A stretch of 62,721 bases of DNA, counting the filler, from Sphacelaria rigidula (lineage: Eukaryota): NCBI GenBank assembly GCA_964200075.2. It is 9 parts of 9 records of this genome, joined end to end, with 100 filler letters (N's around TTAATTAATTAA, not from the genome) between each part and the next. Parts side by side here need not be neighbours in the genome. Positions count along the whole stretch, not along the records: positions 34,904 to 41,783 come from CAXNAA020017603.1; positions 41,884 to 48,763 come from CAXNAA020017604.1; positions 48,864 to 55,742 come from CAXNAA020017605.1; 6 more parts are not named here. The stretch is one strand, 5' to 3'. Positions 36,950-49,773 of the stretch are shown here, piece after piece. Made by a program: the position numbers and the translations under genes. The stretch's first letter is position 1. Every line of letters starts with the position of its first letter. A model generated the notes under the pieces. The model saw only the letters and a program-made list of their open reading frames with translations, had not been told where the DNA came from and made no database searches.

Positions 36950-38510
36950 ACGCGAGAAAAAAAAATGTACAAAAAAGGGTACACCTGGGTGCTTTTGGAA
37001 CAAACAGGGTAAAGCATTGTCCGGTTTGGGGTGCGGTGCTGCACGCGGGCTGAGCACCTCAAAAACACATTACAGCGCCCCAGCCGCACGCTCAAGGTGT
37101 CTGGGCAGCACGCTCGACCATTTTCTTTCATTTTCACACGGGATACTAGGCTTAACCCTTGGACAGCGAGGGTAGGACACCTGCTGAATCAGCGTCATTT
37201 TTCATTTGAAAAGAGTGCGTGATCCAGATGGGCTACCCGTATCGCGGTCTAGGGGTTAACCACGGCGCGGAAAAATGAGAGCCTGTGAGAGTACTCTATT
37301 TTGTAAACAAACCAGGGGGGTACACCCTGCGCTCTGCTGAAAAAAATATGTTCCCCTCCTTTGTGAACGTGTTACATCTTAATTTACCCCGAGTTGTGAA
37401 GTGGTGGCCGTACCGCCGGCCCCGCAGAAGATGCGCCGAACAGGGACAACCGTAACCATTTTTTGGCGAAGTTACACCCCTACAAAAAGGCCGAAACTCA
37501 ACGATCAAAAAGTCGTAGCCCCCTACCGGTTGAACCGTAGACCCGGAAGATCCGACGATACAGACAGGGTGCGAACGTTCGCGTGCCGGAGCTCGCAAAC
37601 ATCCAAGGAACATGTGTGAAAAGTCTTGCCAGCACACACACGCCCGAACGGCATCATCTAACGACAACACGCCGAACATCACCCGGTGGCGGGATCTGCA
37701 ATTTGCAGATCGGGGACAAAGATCACCGACCCGATTCCGGATTGAAGGAAGAACACGTCCGAATCCGATCACGTAGGCTGTGCAATCGAATGTCCTCCTC
37801 TGATCCCCCCACACAATATTCGGGCGCTGTAGACACAGTTCACCAATAAAAAAAAATGCATTCTCGGAATCGTTCATGTAACGACGCGGATATCTTTTCC
37901 GGACCGCACACCCAGAAGACCTCCAACGAGTGGTGACCCCGTGAGTCATCGGAAAAATTGGTCAACTTTTTTTCTCCCGAAATGTTTTGGCGGGGGTCAA
38001 TGTGCACCTTGTAGCATAGCGTCGCTTGTAGCGAGCGGGCACTGACATCGTTTCTTTCGAGAATCTGATACCTTTGTGTACGTTTTGCTTGGTGAGTTGT
38101 GTCTACAGCGCCCGAATGTCGTTGTGTGGAGGGATCATTTCGGCGCATCTTCTGCGGAGCCGGCGGTACAGTCACTTCACAACATAGGGTGAAGAAGGAT
38201 GTAACACGTCAACAAGAAATATTTTTTTCAGCAGAGCGCAGGATGTACCCTCCTGGTTTGTTTACAAAAAAAAGTACTCTCACAGGCTCTCGTTTTCCGC
38301 GTCGTAGTTGATCTTAGTACCACGTGTGAAAATGAAAAAAATGGTCGAGCGTGCTGCTCAGACACCTTGGGCGTAGGGCTGAGGCGCTGTAATGTGTTAC
38401 TGAGATGCTCAGCCCGCGTGCAGCGCCGCGCCCCAAACCGAACAATGCTTTACCCTGTCTTGTTCCAGAAGCACCGGGATGTACCCTTTTTTGTATATTT
38501 TCCCAGAAAA
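36950..38510. mobile_element. Foldback-type non-autonomous element with ~370-bp inverted arms
   Basis: 36950-37440 (minus the inserted MITE) is the reverse complement of 38140-38510. Additional inner match 37795-37845 with 38090-38140. Confidence 0.75.
37156..37255 (+). mobile_element. 100-bp piggyBac-type MITE with TTAA target-site duplication
   Basis: TTAA|CCCTTGGACAGCGA...TCGCGGTCTAGGGG|TTAA. The opposite arm of the host foldback lacks the insert and has a single site (TCAA on -). Confidence 0.85.
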
Positions 38511-38694
38511 ACATCATCTTGTTTTCAGGAAGCGAGTACATGAAATGTGGGAGGAAAAAAACGTGCGAGTTATGGGGCCAGGCTGAAAGCAGGCCGTGTG
38601 GAGCGTTCACTTGGCCAACTACCTTGCGCAGCGCTGAAAGAAAAAACGTATGAAGTAGGAAGCGAACCCGGGAAGGACACCTTCCTCTCTTCTT

Positions 38695-38836
38695 TTACGT
38701 CACATTTTGAACCCCTCTTTTTCTTTGGGACGAATCCATGGTCTCAAGGGGTTAACCCATCTCTCCCCCTGTACACGCCCTACACTTTTGTGTCGCGGAT
38801 TGGATCATGATCAATAGTTCCACACGGCGTCAACTC
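38695..38836 (-). mobile_element. 3' half of SINE family 1 (further 3' fragments about 47340-47428 - and 53412-53460 -)
   Basis: Reverse complement matches 56083-56220 (GAG.TGACGC.GTG...TCATGATCCAATCCGC...GAGAGAT.GGTT.A.CCCTTG.GACCA..GA.TC). Confidence 0.7.
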
Positions 38837-39339
38837 TGGTCAAACAAACTCAGGTGGAACTCTTCTCGATACTCCGGTCCTTCTCCTCATGCTTTCAACG
38901 ACACAAATCAGATAGATACTTCCAAGACAAGCACAACGGCGTCTGGCGGAAATCACCCCGCGTTATTTCCACCCTCATGATGTCAGTTGGATTATTGGAC
39001 CACCGGGGAACTGCAGCAAGGGCTAACACCGGCGACATGAACGCTGCTGTTGCAACCGTGCCGCGCATCGATTTTCAAATTCAGAAGATACATATCAATA
39101 GTCACCTTGGCGCGTCTTGCTGGCGACATGCTATATATATATATATATATATATATATCCTTTGCTGTCCGTCACACGACGCGGTTGGTTAGAAAGGGGT
39201 TGATCAATTATCGTTCCCAACCGTTAACTTTCATGTAGCAAGGGAGTAGGAAATGTACACTTAAACGCCCTCGCCACAGTGATGGCGGGTGGCGGCTTTT
39301 CGGCCGGACAAATCAATCTTTGCCCCCCAGGGGGGATTT

Positions 39340-40172
39340 CGCCGGACCAGGCGTGCGATCATTCACGAAGTGCGAGAGTGACCTGCATCCTACCAAGATT
39401 ATTCGGCCCGGAGCCTACTGATTATCTTGCATTTGGATGACAGCCTACAATGGGTTGCTTCATTTTCTGGTATTGCGACTTACAGAGACAGCCACGTCTT
39501 ATACACTGCCTCATGGGTGACTCACCGTTTAAATATTACTCATCACGGTACTCGTACGATTATCCCCTCTTCGCGGAGTTGAGGTTCTCCCACCCCGCAC
39601 AATGCGATCCAACTCGACCACTATCATGGTTACTTTGCCGCCAAAGACAAAAATCACAGGCGAGAAAAAAAAACGGTAGCCTGGTTGCCTAGCTTACGCA
39701 ATGAGTGGCGTGCTTTACAGCGTCGCTGCCAACCGACAGCAATCCTCAAAAGGGAAACCCTCAACGGGGCGGAGGGGGTACTCACTTGTTGCTTGCTTTA
39801 GCCATTCGACCATTGATAGCGCATCCCTCCGAGATGGACAAGACTCAAATGAGGGGGAGCGGGGGAGGTGTACTCATGATATTGCATGCCATAGCCGTGT
39901 GACCATTGACCTCGCATTCGTGCAATGGCGGGACGGAGCACGCCGGGTTTTTGCCGGACCAGGCTCGCAAATCAATCACCAAGCGCGAAGCGCCGTGGTG
40001 TGTTCGGCGAGTCGCATGAAGGCTGAGCTGCCTCCTACTGAGGTTGTTCGGCCCGAAGGGTACTGATTATTTTGCATTTGGATGACAGTCTCTAATGAGT
40101 TGTTTCATTTTCTGGTGTTGCAACTTCCAGAGACAGCCACGGCTTACACACTGCCTCATGGGTGTCTCACCA
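39340..40172 (+). repeat. Two diverged direct copies of a ~200-bp repeat (about 39340-39530 and 39950-40172)
   Basis: Shared TACTGATTAT.TTGCATTTGGATGACAG...TTCATTTTCTGGT.TTGC.ACTT.CAGAGACAGCCACG.CTTA.ACACTGCCTCATGGGTG.CTCACC. Confidence 0.8.
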
Positions 40173-40761
40173 TCCAAACACTACGTAGTACGATCAGGGG
40201 GGGAGGGGAGAGTCTGAGGCGGGGGAGGGAGGAGGAGAGAATCAGACTTTTCGAGAAGTCGCGAGGAAAACGCAACATACCTCACATAAAACCAAACTTC
40301 GCATCCTGGACAATAGAAAGTATATACTACGTACGGCATGGAACACATTGTCTATTGCAATAGACGCAATAGTGTATACTGCATGCTGTACACCTCTCGG
40401 CAATGTAACCCATCGTCATTATCCAAGCTGTGCAAAACTTGTTTTCGACCGAAGAGTTCATTGACAGAATTCCTGACGATGGCGTCGGTAGCGTGCGTGA
40501 CTGGCAAAAACACTCGAAACGCGAATCAAGTCAGGATACACTCCATCCATGTATACGGTGCCCACCTCTGCCGGGCCCTTTCCCTCTCTCCTCTTGGCGT
40601 AAGGTGCTGAACTCAACATTTGCACTCGTCGTTGTCACTTTTCGAGGCTGGAAGTCCTTCACAAATGTTTCGGTATTTTTCTTCGTGCTACCCGTACAGT
40701 GTCGTTTCTTGTTTGGTTTTTTTGTCAATCTAGTTTCATCTGGCATGCTTCTTCATTTTAA

Positions 40762-40883
40762 CCCCTTGGGGAAACCCAGTGCTGATTTTTGTTTTTTGTG
40801 AATCGGCATCATTTTTGACTTGGAAATAACTGAAAACGATGCCGATTCACAAAGACAGAAATCAGCGCTGGGCTCCCGAAGGG
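40762..40883. mobile_element. 122-bp almost fully palindromic TTAA-flanked MITE
   Basis: TTAA at 40758-40761 and 40884-40887, CCC...GGG ends. Arms carry TGAATCGGCATC / GATGCCGATTCA, the motif also inside the 100-bp MITEs. Confidence 0.8.
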
Positions 40884-43133
40884 TTAACACGCCGTGACAA
40901 CAACGTGCCGCACAAGATCCGTCCATTTCTCCTGAGGTGAGATTTTGTTTTAGAATAATGTTGAAGTCATGAAAAAAGGTTATTCATCATGGACCATGGA
41001 CGACGTCATGTCCCAAGCCATTCCGTTGTTTCATCGACCAAACACGTATTGCCAATTGCTTCCGACCGATCCCATAACTACGCGCCAGCTCGAACCGTGG
41101 TGTATACACTAACTACGCTTCATCTAATAAAACTTCAGGAAGTGCTGAAAAATAATAACCTGACCGCAGGGGTAGAATCCACAAGGTGACGCCATTCTCG
41201 TCCAAAAGTTCGTCCGTCTCAGAGGGCCGTGGTTAACGTCAGCCATCGAGCAAGGAGGACCGGACAATGGATTTCCTGTGTTCTTCTGATTGGCCAATCA
41301 GAGAACTGCGTGCCTTTTCCCTTTTCCTTTTTGATGTACTACTCTATAGTTCTCGCTACATGGCGGGCCCGCTCTGTATTCGTCGAGAGATTCGAAGCGA
41401 CCGAATTGAAATATATATATATATATGTAACAACAAGGGCTGTCAGTGTTGCAGTACACACACATACAAAGACGTTTCGCGTTAAACATTCTTTGATGCT
41501 GTCACAAAAAAAAGAGGTTTTCAAGATCATAACGTCAGTTCGTTCGTGCTAAATGCAGACCCGGTCCGCAACAAGGAATATGAAACTGAGCAAAAACAAC
41601 TTGCACGGACAGCTCCAACTTGCGCGTTTACCTATGGTGAGCACCACTATCAGTAGCGTTCATTCAGCAAAAAGCCGCGGTAAAAGCGGAAGGCGGCTCG
41701 CAACCCGCCTTTCTTCCAGCCCCAACCCCCCCCCCCCCCCCCCCACCCCACACCCCTCCCCCCCGCCCCCCCCGCACCGCCCCNNNNNNNNNNNNNNNNN
41801 NNNNNNNNNNNNNNNNNNNNNNNNNNNTTAATTAATTAANNNNNNNNNNNNNNNNNNNNNNNNNNNNNNNNNNNNNNNNNNNNTGTGGAAGTGTGGATAC
41901 CGAGAGAGCATCCGCTGGACGGGCATCACGGGGGGGTGGTGTGTGGGCGCGGTGTGCGGGCGCACTTCATTTTGGTTGCTTTGGTTGAATTACTGCCGTT
42001 GAGATGAACGGAAAACTAGCACTATTCAGTCGACATCCAAGTAATCGGTCGATCCATGTGTAATTTGATTAGTTTGCGTCATTTTCGCTCGTTTATCCAT
42101 TTCTACGAACCCGGCAGATAGATCCTCAGTTACGAGCAACGGAAGTACCCGTTTGCCGCTGACGGCGGATGAAGCCTCTGGAAGCATGGGTATTCAAAAT
42201 CGAGATGTTTTTGCACACATTGCTCGCACGCCACCCTCTCACTCTCAGGCACATGCAATCTCGTCCCTGATTGTTTGATTGATTGTCGCACTTGAACTGA
42301 CTCCCCAGGGATCCAGCCGTGGTCACATGATAGGCTTTGCAGTAGAATTCCGTGGCCGGCACATAAGAACAGTGCTCCTGGCAAACTCGACCTCAGCGAG
42401 CGCAATCGGAGAGCGTTCTCGTGCCGAGTCGACAGTCACAGCAGCAGCAGCGCAGACCGTCCTACCACAGTATATCCACAAGGGTACACGAAAACAGCGG
42501 TACACCGATCGTTTCTTGGCTTCTGCCCTGTCATCGCATACGCGAAGGATTGCCTGTCCTTCGGCACAAAGTCTGTTCAGATTTTCTTCTAGACTATCAT
42601 GTGCAGTTAGTCGCTCTGTGTTGGAGATGGTGAGCTCCGTCGGTCCCTTGTTCCTCGACACCTCTGAGTGCTGTCATGGCCACTTTTTTTTGGTTGGAGA
42701 CGGCAGGGTGGTGTGCAGCCTCGATGCTTGGATCCCTCCAGTTTCCCACGCCGACTGATGCAGTGAAGTTGCGTGAGCACGCCACGCTACCTGGTTTCTC
42801 TGATCTCCCGTATATTCTATCGTATACGGTTCGACAGTTTCTACAACGATGGATCTGCGCTGTGTACGTTACCTCTTTTTCTTCGGAACCATAGCCGAGA
42901 TAGATAAGGTCTCGAGGGCGAAAAGAAAAGAAAGTGGAAAGGATAACAAGACGAGGGTATACTGTAGGAACACCATGTCCGCAGATTTTATTAATCCCAA
43001 CACTTTCTGCATTTGATTCTTTATTGGACGCCCGTTTGTTTTCGAACAGGGTGGTCATCGTTGTGTATTTGCAGACAACCAGGAGAAACTGATTGGTGCG
43101 GATAATAACCACCACATAAAAGGGGGGAATTAT

Positions 43134-43135
<2 letters not shown>

Positions 43136-43174
<39 letters not shown>
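43136..43174 (+). repeat. (GT)n microsatellite
   Basis: Directly visible; a (CA)n tract is also at about 20954-20982. Confidence 0.9.
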
Positions 43175-43176
<2 letters not shown>

Positions 43177-43911
43177 ATCTTTTTTTAATTATCTCCTTCG
43201 TTGGGAGGAGTCAGTAGGCTCAACACAAGTCACCCCATTTCTTCACCGGTGTCTGCTGTCGAGGACAGTAGTAGGTAACCTTTTCACATTTTTACTTGTT
43301 TTTCTAAGTTGTGCTACCGTTCTTTGTCCGATCTTGTTCTCGTTCTTCAAAATCAGGAACATAACGTTGTGTTGCGGGGCAAGCTGGAGAAAGTCACGGA
43401 GCGAGCGTCTGCACTTGAGGCTAGGGCGGAAACCAGGTGAAAATCCCTGCCCCCTCTACTACGTCCTGACTCGACTCGTGGCACCATGCAGAATTGAAAA
43501 TTCAAGAAAAAAATGCGGCTTAAGCTTACCTACTTGCTTGTTGTGCTCACAGGGATTATCGGAAATTTTCACGGGTTTGTTGAGTAGGGTAAATACCAGG
43601 GTATTTACTCTTCCGAATTTTGCGTTGCGATTGTTCAATCTCCGAAGTGTCCCTAGGCGAAGTGCGGCCTTGGTAGACCCCAAATCGGCGCCTGTGGCGC
43701 CGAACCGAACGAAAATGCGTTCTGCGCACGCGAGGGGCACACGGGGCTATCAGCCCCACTAAAGATCCGATTATCATTGTTCACACTCAAATCATGTAAT
43801 CTCAACCATGAACATCTGTAGCCCAACACCGGCTATCTTTACTGCCGACGGGACAAGGTGAAACGTTTTTTTTATGACTCTTCATCGTTTGATTTTCCCC
43901 CCTGGATACAG

Positions 43912-44014
43912 GGATGTGGGTCTACAATCTGAAATTTCCGCCGAGGACTTTCACGAGAGGGAAGCAACACTTCGGAGCCTTGAAGCTAAGCTATCTGCCG
44001 TAGTTGCAGAGAAT
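43912..44014 (+). CDS. Internal exon of a coiled-coil protein
   Basis: CAG acceptor after a pyrimidine tract, GTGAGC donor. Encodes DVGLQSEISAEDFHEREATLRSLEAKLSAVVAEN, ending in phase 0. Confidence 0.65.
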
Positions 44015-46535
44015 GTGAGCACAAAACATCCTTTTTTTTCTCTCTTTCTTTTTTTTTGGGGGGGGAGGGGGCGTACCCACTTTTTGCTTGCCTGAGTCGT
44101 TTGACCATTGACAAAGTATCCCTAACGAGACGGAGCTTAGGGGGTGGGAAGGGGCGGAAGGGGGCGGAAGGGGGGCGGGGTGATGTTGCGGGACGATCCA
44201 GTAGGAGGCTGAGTCGAGCTTGTGCACGCGGAGATTAGGGTTATACTTGAAGAAGAGGTGACGCGAAATAACGTCATGATATCGTTTTGTGTCTTGACTC
44301 GGCATGATATGATTGATCGCAACAATCAAGCCCGTGGTCATGAGCAACGAAAAAAGAGCAGAATAAGAAGGAAGGAAGGGAACAGAAGAAGACAGAAGCA
44401 ATAGCCACAGCCACAGAAATAAAAGAAGAATGAAGCAGCGAAATCAACAACAGCAATAACAACAGAACAACACAACAGAACAACACAACGAGATGGTTAT
44501 CTTGCATTAAGTAGCTGATTGCAACAATCCAGCTCGTGATCAGAAATTGAAAAAAAATGGAGAAAAATGGAAGAAATGAAGAAAATAGGGAGGAAAACGT
44601 AGAGAAGGGAATGCATGAGACAAAAGGACAGAGCCAGACTTGTTTCCGGGGGGGAGGGGGGGGGAGAAATGATCGACCGATCGTATGTCTTATATATGAA
44701 GGGATTGCTACGAGTCATCATCCAGTCGTAGTCACTAAAATGGACAGATGTATGTACCCGAGGTGTGGAACTAACGAAAACAATCGCTGGAAAGGGAGAC
44801 GGACGCTCCAGTCAAAAGAAGACACAACAAAAAGTTAAACAATTACTCCGACGTCGGTCAAAAACTTGGGACAGAGCGTAGCAGGCAAGCCCCGTCAAGA
44901 GTGCAGGTGCCGCTTGCTGGAATCATCATTATTGGGCGACCACGCCGCCACAAATGATCTGTGTCATTGTTTGGGAATCAACCATCTCGTTAAGACTTCA
45001 CATTTTGTTTTTTTTCACGAAAAAACTCCGAGAAACGTGTGCTGTACTGTACTATATATTTTTTTTTCTTGTGCTCAGGAGACAGGCAGGCAGGAACCCT
45101 TGCCGTGTACTTTACTGAAGTATCTCTAGTTTCGTACAGTGCGTTTAACCACCGAGGCGGTTACGCTCAGCTCGCCCGCATTCTCAGGGTCTGCCCTCAA
45201 GCAAACCCGTCATGATTGCTGCTTCGGTGTGCGGAAAGGTCCCACGGCAGGGTATACTATCTCCCAGCCCAGGTGGTTTCGCAATTCCACCGAGCTCACC
45301 TTCCTTTCGGTATCCCAGCTCGACTCTGTGCACGAATCGTCCTCTATCCATCCGGGCTTCGGTTTTCAGCTGTAACGTACTGTACGGGTTCGTCGTCGAT
45401 TCTCGTGATTGTCGAGATGGAATGGGTCGAGAAACGCCGGGTTAAGAACGTTCCCGTGAAAAGTCGATGTATCCGCGTTCAGATATCCGAAGCGTCCGCG
45501 GCATCGAATGCGTGTACTGATTTTCAGTTTGTGCCTGTAGCATTCGCTTTATTTCACCGTTGGACAGTATTGACCTGGCTTCCGCCCCCTACCCCCCCCC
45601 GAAAAGAGTCTTTGAGAAGGGCCATCGTTTACTACATATAGTGGGATCGGTATCATGCTGCGAATGTCTCGAGACTGCGAAAAAGGCGTGGACATCGACT
45701 GCTGCGGACACAGGGGCAAACACCTGTCATACGCGTATTGCTTCGCTTCATACGGAAATGGGCGATATCTCTTCCATACGTACTCTTTTTGTGCCCCGCA
45801 GTTTTTTTTTTTTTTTTCCGCTGTGCGGTGGCAAGATTCCACACCTGCACACGTATCTAGTTGACTTGAGCTCTTCCTGACAATGTGCCGGTCAACTAGA
45901 TAGCTGCAACTACTTGGACAACTAAATAGCGCTCAAACCGGTCTGGCTCCCGATGTGCTGCGCGCAGCAGCGCGTGAGATGGCGCAAAATTCGCCCCCGT
46001 GGCTGTGGCCCGCGGTCGTATTATTTATGTGTATTTTTGTCCCCAGTTGCCAAGTAAATCGAAATTATAGTCTACTCGATGTCATGGATAGTTGTACAGG
46101 GTGTGCAATATTTTCGCGATTTCCGTATGTGGTTTTTCTTTTTTCACAGCCATGACGAGATTCGAACGATATTTTGCGTTTGTCCTGGCGTTGTGTGGAT
46201 GTCGGGTACTGTAGGGTTGCCCTTTGCTTTTTCTTCTTCTGTGAAGTGTTGAACTGTTGTGGTTGTGTTTGTGGGATCTTATTTGCTGTCATTTTTTTCA
46301 CAGAACGATAAGAACGGTAATGATCTTGCCTATCTTGCCTTCTTGGTCATTCCTCGTGGTTGAAATTGTCTCGTCCAAGTATTATGACTGGTTTATTTCC
46401 CGCCAAGATGTATTACAATGTTGGAATACGAGAATCTTGCCTTGTTCCGTATTTCGCGGTCAGAATCTTCGAAATATAGTACGGAGTATATACATTGATC
46501 ATATTACTTGTTGGTCTGTGATGCTCGTCTACCAG

Positions 46536-46637
46536 GAGGAATTGGAGAGGGAGATGGCGAGCATGAAGGGTAGGGCTGAGCGGTCGGTGAACAACGGCAA
46601 GGCGCGGCAAGCTAAGATCGTGGCCCTCGAGCAAGAG
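46536..46637 (+). CDS. Next internal exon of the coiled-coil protein
   Basis: CCAG acceptor, GTGAGC donor. Encodes EELEREMASMKGRAERSVNNGKARQAKIVALEQE, phase 0/0, a heptad-like continuation of the previous exon. Confidence 0.7.
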
Positions 46638-46842
46638 GTGAGCAACACGCGCTACTGGTTCTGTGCTCAGTAGCAGTAACTGACAACCTGCCTGAACCGA
46701 GAGCAAGTGGTAAGTTGCACTCCATGATACGAAGCTCGGCTGATCGTTGGTTACTCGCTCAACGCGGTGTTGCCCCGCTGCATCGCTGAGTGGCGTCCGC
46801 TTCTCGTGACCTGCGATGGGAAAAAAAAGGCGAATCTTTTTT

Positions 46843-46960
46843 ATATATTATATTATCATTACTATTATTACTATTATTACTATTATTACTATTACTATTA
46901 CTATTACTATTACTATTACTATTATTATTACTGTTATTACTGTTATTACTATTATTATAT
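46843..46960 (+). repeat. (TAT/TAC)n compound microsatellite, the expanded tail of a minus-strand retroposon
   Basis: Directly followed by CACATTAGCCCGATCTCTCGAACCCATGGTCACAGAGTGCAAGGAGCAT, the same sequence as the TSD-flanked insert at 15550-15617. Confidence 0.85.
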
Positions 46961-47945
46961 TCGTCACATTAGCCCGATCTCTCGAACCCATGGTCACAGA
47001 GTGCAAGGAGCATACCACGTATACCCATAAATCAAACAGCCCGCATCTAACAGCCCGCAAAGGAAGGCAAGAAACAAAACATCTACACGAAAAAGGGAAG
47101 CATCTACACGAAAAAGGGCACCTGCACTACGAAAGATCTGTGCAAGAACGATTGAACTACAGGAGACCTACTGGAATCTAGAAAAAATACTTTGACGAAA
47201 GCGCTGCTTGTGCTGCTCGTGCTCCTCGGCTGAGAGCACTGAACGATACTTTACTGTACTGCGCGTTTTACCTTAACTGTTAGGGCAGATGTTTCCTTCG
47301 TTCCTCCAGCGACCGAAACCATGTGTATCCGAGTATTATTTTTTTTTCTTTATTTGTTTGTCACACTTTGAAACCCTCCCCTTCCTCGGGACGAGTCCGT
47401 GGTCCCAAGGAATCAACCCAATTCTTTCTGGTATGCATAGCATGGTTTTCTACATTACTGGTACATTTGGTCATGATTCGTCGCGCTCCACGTACCTCAG
47501 ATCCCGCTACGCTCTGATCCTCCACATACGACGATCAGCCAATGGATATTGAATCCATATCCATCAACGATCGACGCCAATCTATACTGAATACGTATCC
47601 ACATCACTCACCCATCGATACTGGGTTCATATCCACACACGACAATCAACGTATCGGCATTGTAGTCCATGTCCGGGCGTGTGTGCATGTATGTGTGTGT
47701 GTGATGAAGCCATCGTACTATATGGCTTGGTTGAAAATAATTGTTGTTCCCGTGGGCCGTTAGGCTCGCTTTCATTCCATTTTTTTTCACCCTTTGTCAA
47801 GTTTTCCGTCGGCGAGTATTGCCGTTCATTCATGCTGGGATGTCGGGTACGTCTATCTCTTGACGGTCCGCGACTGGATTCGTTGCGGAATGAGTAGATG
47901 TGTGACTTTATCGATCAATCTAGTGGATAAATCAATTAAACAATG

Positions 47946-48328
47946 GGCACAGTTGAGTTTTTGTTTTTTTCTTCAGTCCACCCTTTTTGATTTTGGCATT
48001 CATGTTCTCCCTCCATTTCCCCTCCCTTTTCTCTAGCGAGCGTTTCCATCGTGTTTTTCGTAGGTACGTCTGTATTGTGGATAATGACCAGGGCTGATTC
48101 CCTCTGTATGTGGATAACGACCACTGCTGAGCCCCTAGGGGATCAGTAAAATGCGCGCAGTTGAGTTTTTTCGTTTCATTCTTCAGTGCACCCGTTTTTA
48201 TTGTGTTATTTATGTTTTCCCTCCGTTTCTCTCCCCCCCCTTTTCTCTAGCGAGCGTTTCCATCTTGTTTTCCGGACGTACGTCTACTTTGTGGATAATG
48301 ACCACAGCTGAGTCCCTTGGGGACCAGG
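47946..48328 (+). repeat. Diverged tandem duplication of ~200 bp
   Basis: Both copies contain CAGTTGAGTTTTT...TTCTTCAGT.CACCC...TTTTCTCTAGCGAGCGTTTCCATC...GTACGTCT...TGTGGATAATGACCA...GCTGAG.CCCT.GGGGA.CAG. Confidence 0.8.
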
Positions 48329-48418
48329 TCATGTGCGATAATCAATTCATCGGTGTATCGACTAGTTAGTAACGTCATCCTCCAATTGGCATTCCTTGCA
48401 TCGATTTTCATGACCCAG

Positions 48419-48646
48419 ATGCGATGTGCAGGGGTGTCCGAAGCAGCCTTCATTCGGTCCGCAAGGTGGACGCAAGCCGATCAAGTGCGCGGAACACGCG
48501 ACAGAGGGCATGGTGAACGTGCTGGTGAAGCGATGCAGCCAAGAGGGGTGCACACGGCACGCCGTGTACGGAGAGGAGGGTAGCAAGCTTCCGCGATTTT
48601 GCGGGGAGCATACGGTGCCGGGCATGGTGGACATCGTGAGCAAGAG
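48419..48646 (+). CDS. Exon encoding two EsV-1-7 cysteine-rich repeats
   Basis: CCAG acceptor, GTATGC donor. CDVQGCPKQPSFGPQGGRKPIKCAEHATEGMVNVLVKR / CSQEGCTRHAVYGEEGSKLPRFCGEHTVPGMVDIVSK(R) fits the EsV-1-7 pattern C-x4-C-x16-C-x2-H-x3-GMV[ND][VI]. Confidence 0.9.
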
Positions 48647-49773
48647 GTATGCCACACCGAACCTATGTACTGAAATCAGGTACCCCCATGTTTCACCGTT
48701 CCACGGTTAGGACGAATCGTCACGACTAAGAATTACCAAATCCACGATTTCTTCGGCCTGATTNNNNNNNNNNNNNNNNNNNNNNNNNNNNNNNNNNNNN
48801 NNNNNNNTTAATTAATTAANNNNNNNNNNNNNNNNNNNNNNNNNNNNNNNNNNNNNNNNNNNNCAATATGAGGCGCTTCATGCAGCCTGAATCCAAACAT
48901 CAGGCGCTGCGTGGCCATTTTTTTCGTGATACTTTTGAGCTGGTTCTTGGGGGGGGGCTATCGTAGAAAGTGTCGGCGGTTGTCAAATACTCGAGGCGAC
49001 CTGACGAACTGTACGAGAACAATGGTTAGTACAATGAAGATGCCGCCAATTCTAATGCTAACCCTATAACCCTAACCCCGACCAAGGCATACCGAGAACC
49101 CTCGGGCACGGGGGTGCAGAGTGTTCTCCAGGCAAAGTGTGCGTTGCCAGAGCTCAAATCGACGCCTTTGAGCCGATTTTGGACGAAAACACGTTCTGGA
49201 CGAGCTGGTACTACTGCTCACCACTGCTCACCTGCCCCAGACCATGAATTTTCTCAGAACTTTGTTTACTCTGAAATCAAGTAAAATCGAGTACGAGCCA
49301 ATGCTTACGTACAATTCGTAAGGTCTACTGAAATACTTGCGGCACAAGGGGTGACAGGCGGAAATTTCTGCACGTCGGACAGCTCATGAGCTAGCTACCT
49401 GAATATCACTCCTCATGAGTGTACTGATCCGGATCACGAGCTAGCTCATTTGGCCGCTTTTTCCATATTTGCTCCCTACAGCGCTGGACACCGAACACAC
49501 GGAGTAGCGCAAAGGTACCGCTTTGGCTTCTCGGACCCTGCTGTCACGTAGTTCGTGTTTTTGGATGAGGGATCTGATAGTCCCCGTCGATTTGTTATTT
49601 TGGGTAGCTAAGGAGCTGTTCGACGTGTATAAATTTCCCATCGAGAGCGATTCATGCTCCCCCCACCTTGCGTTCGTCGTCGCCCTTCCACTCTTCTACC
49701 GCTCTCTCGCCCCAGATTTTGAAGGTTGAGATACATGAGGTCGTCTCCTATCTCCTATCTCCTATCTACTTGA

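Noticed and set aside
46767..47181. Poly-Tyr / poly-Leu / Ile-Thr ORFs
   Set aside because: Translations of the (TAT/TAC)n microsatellite.
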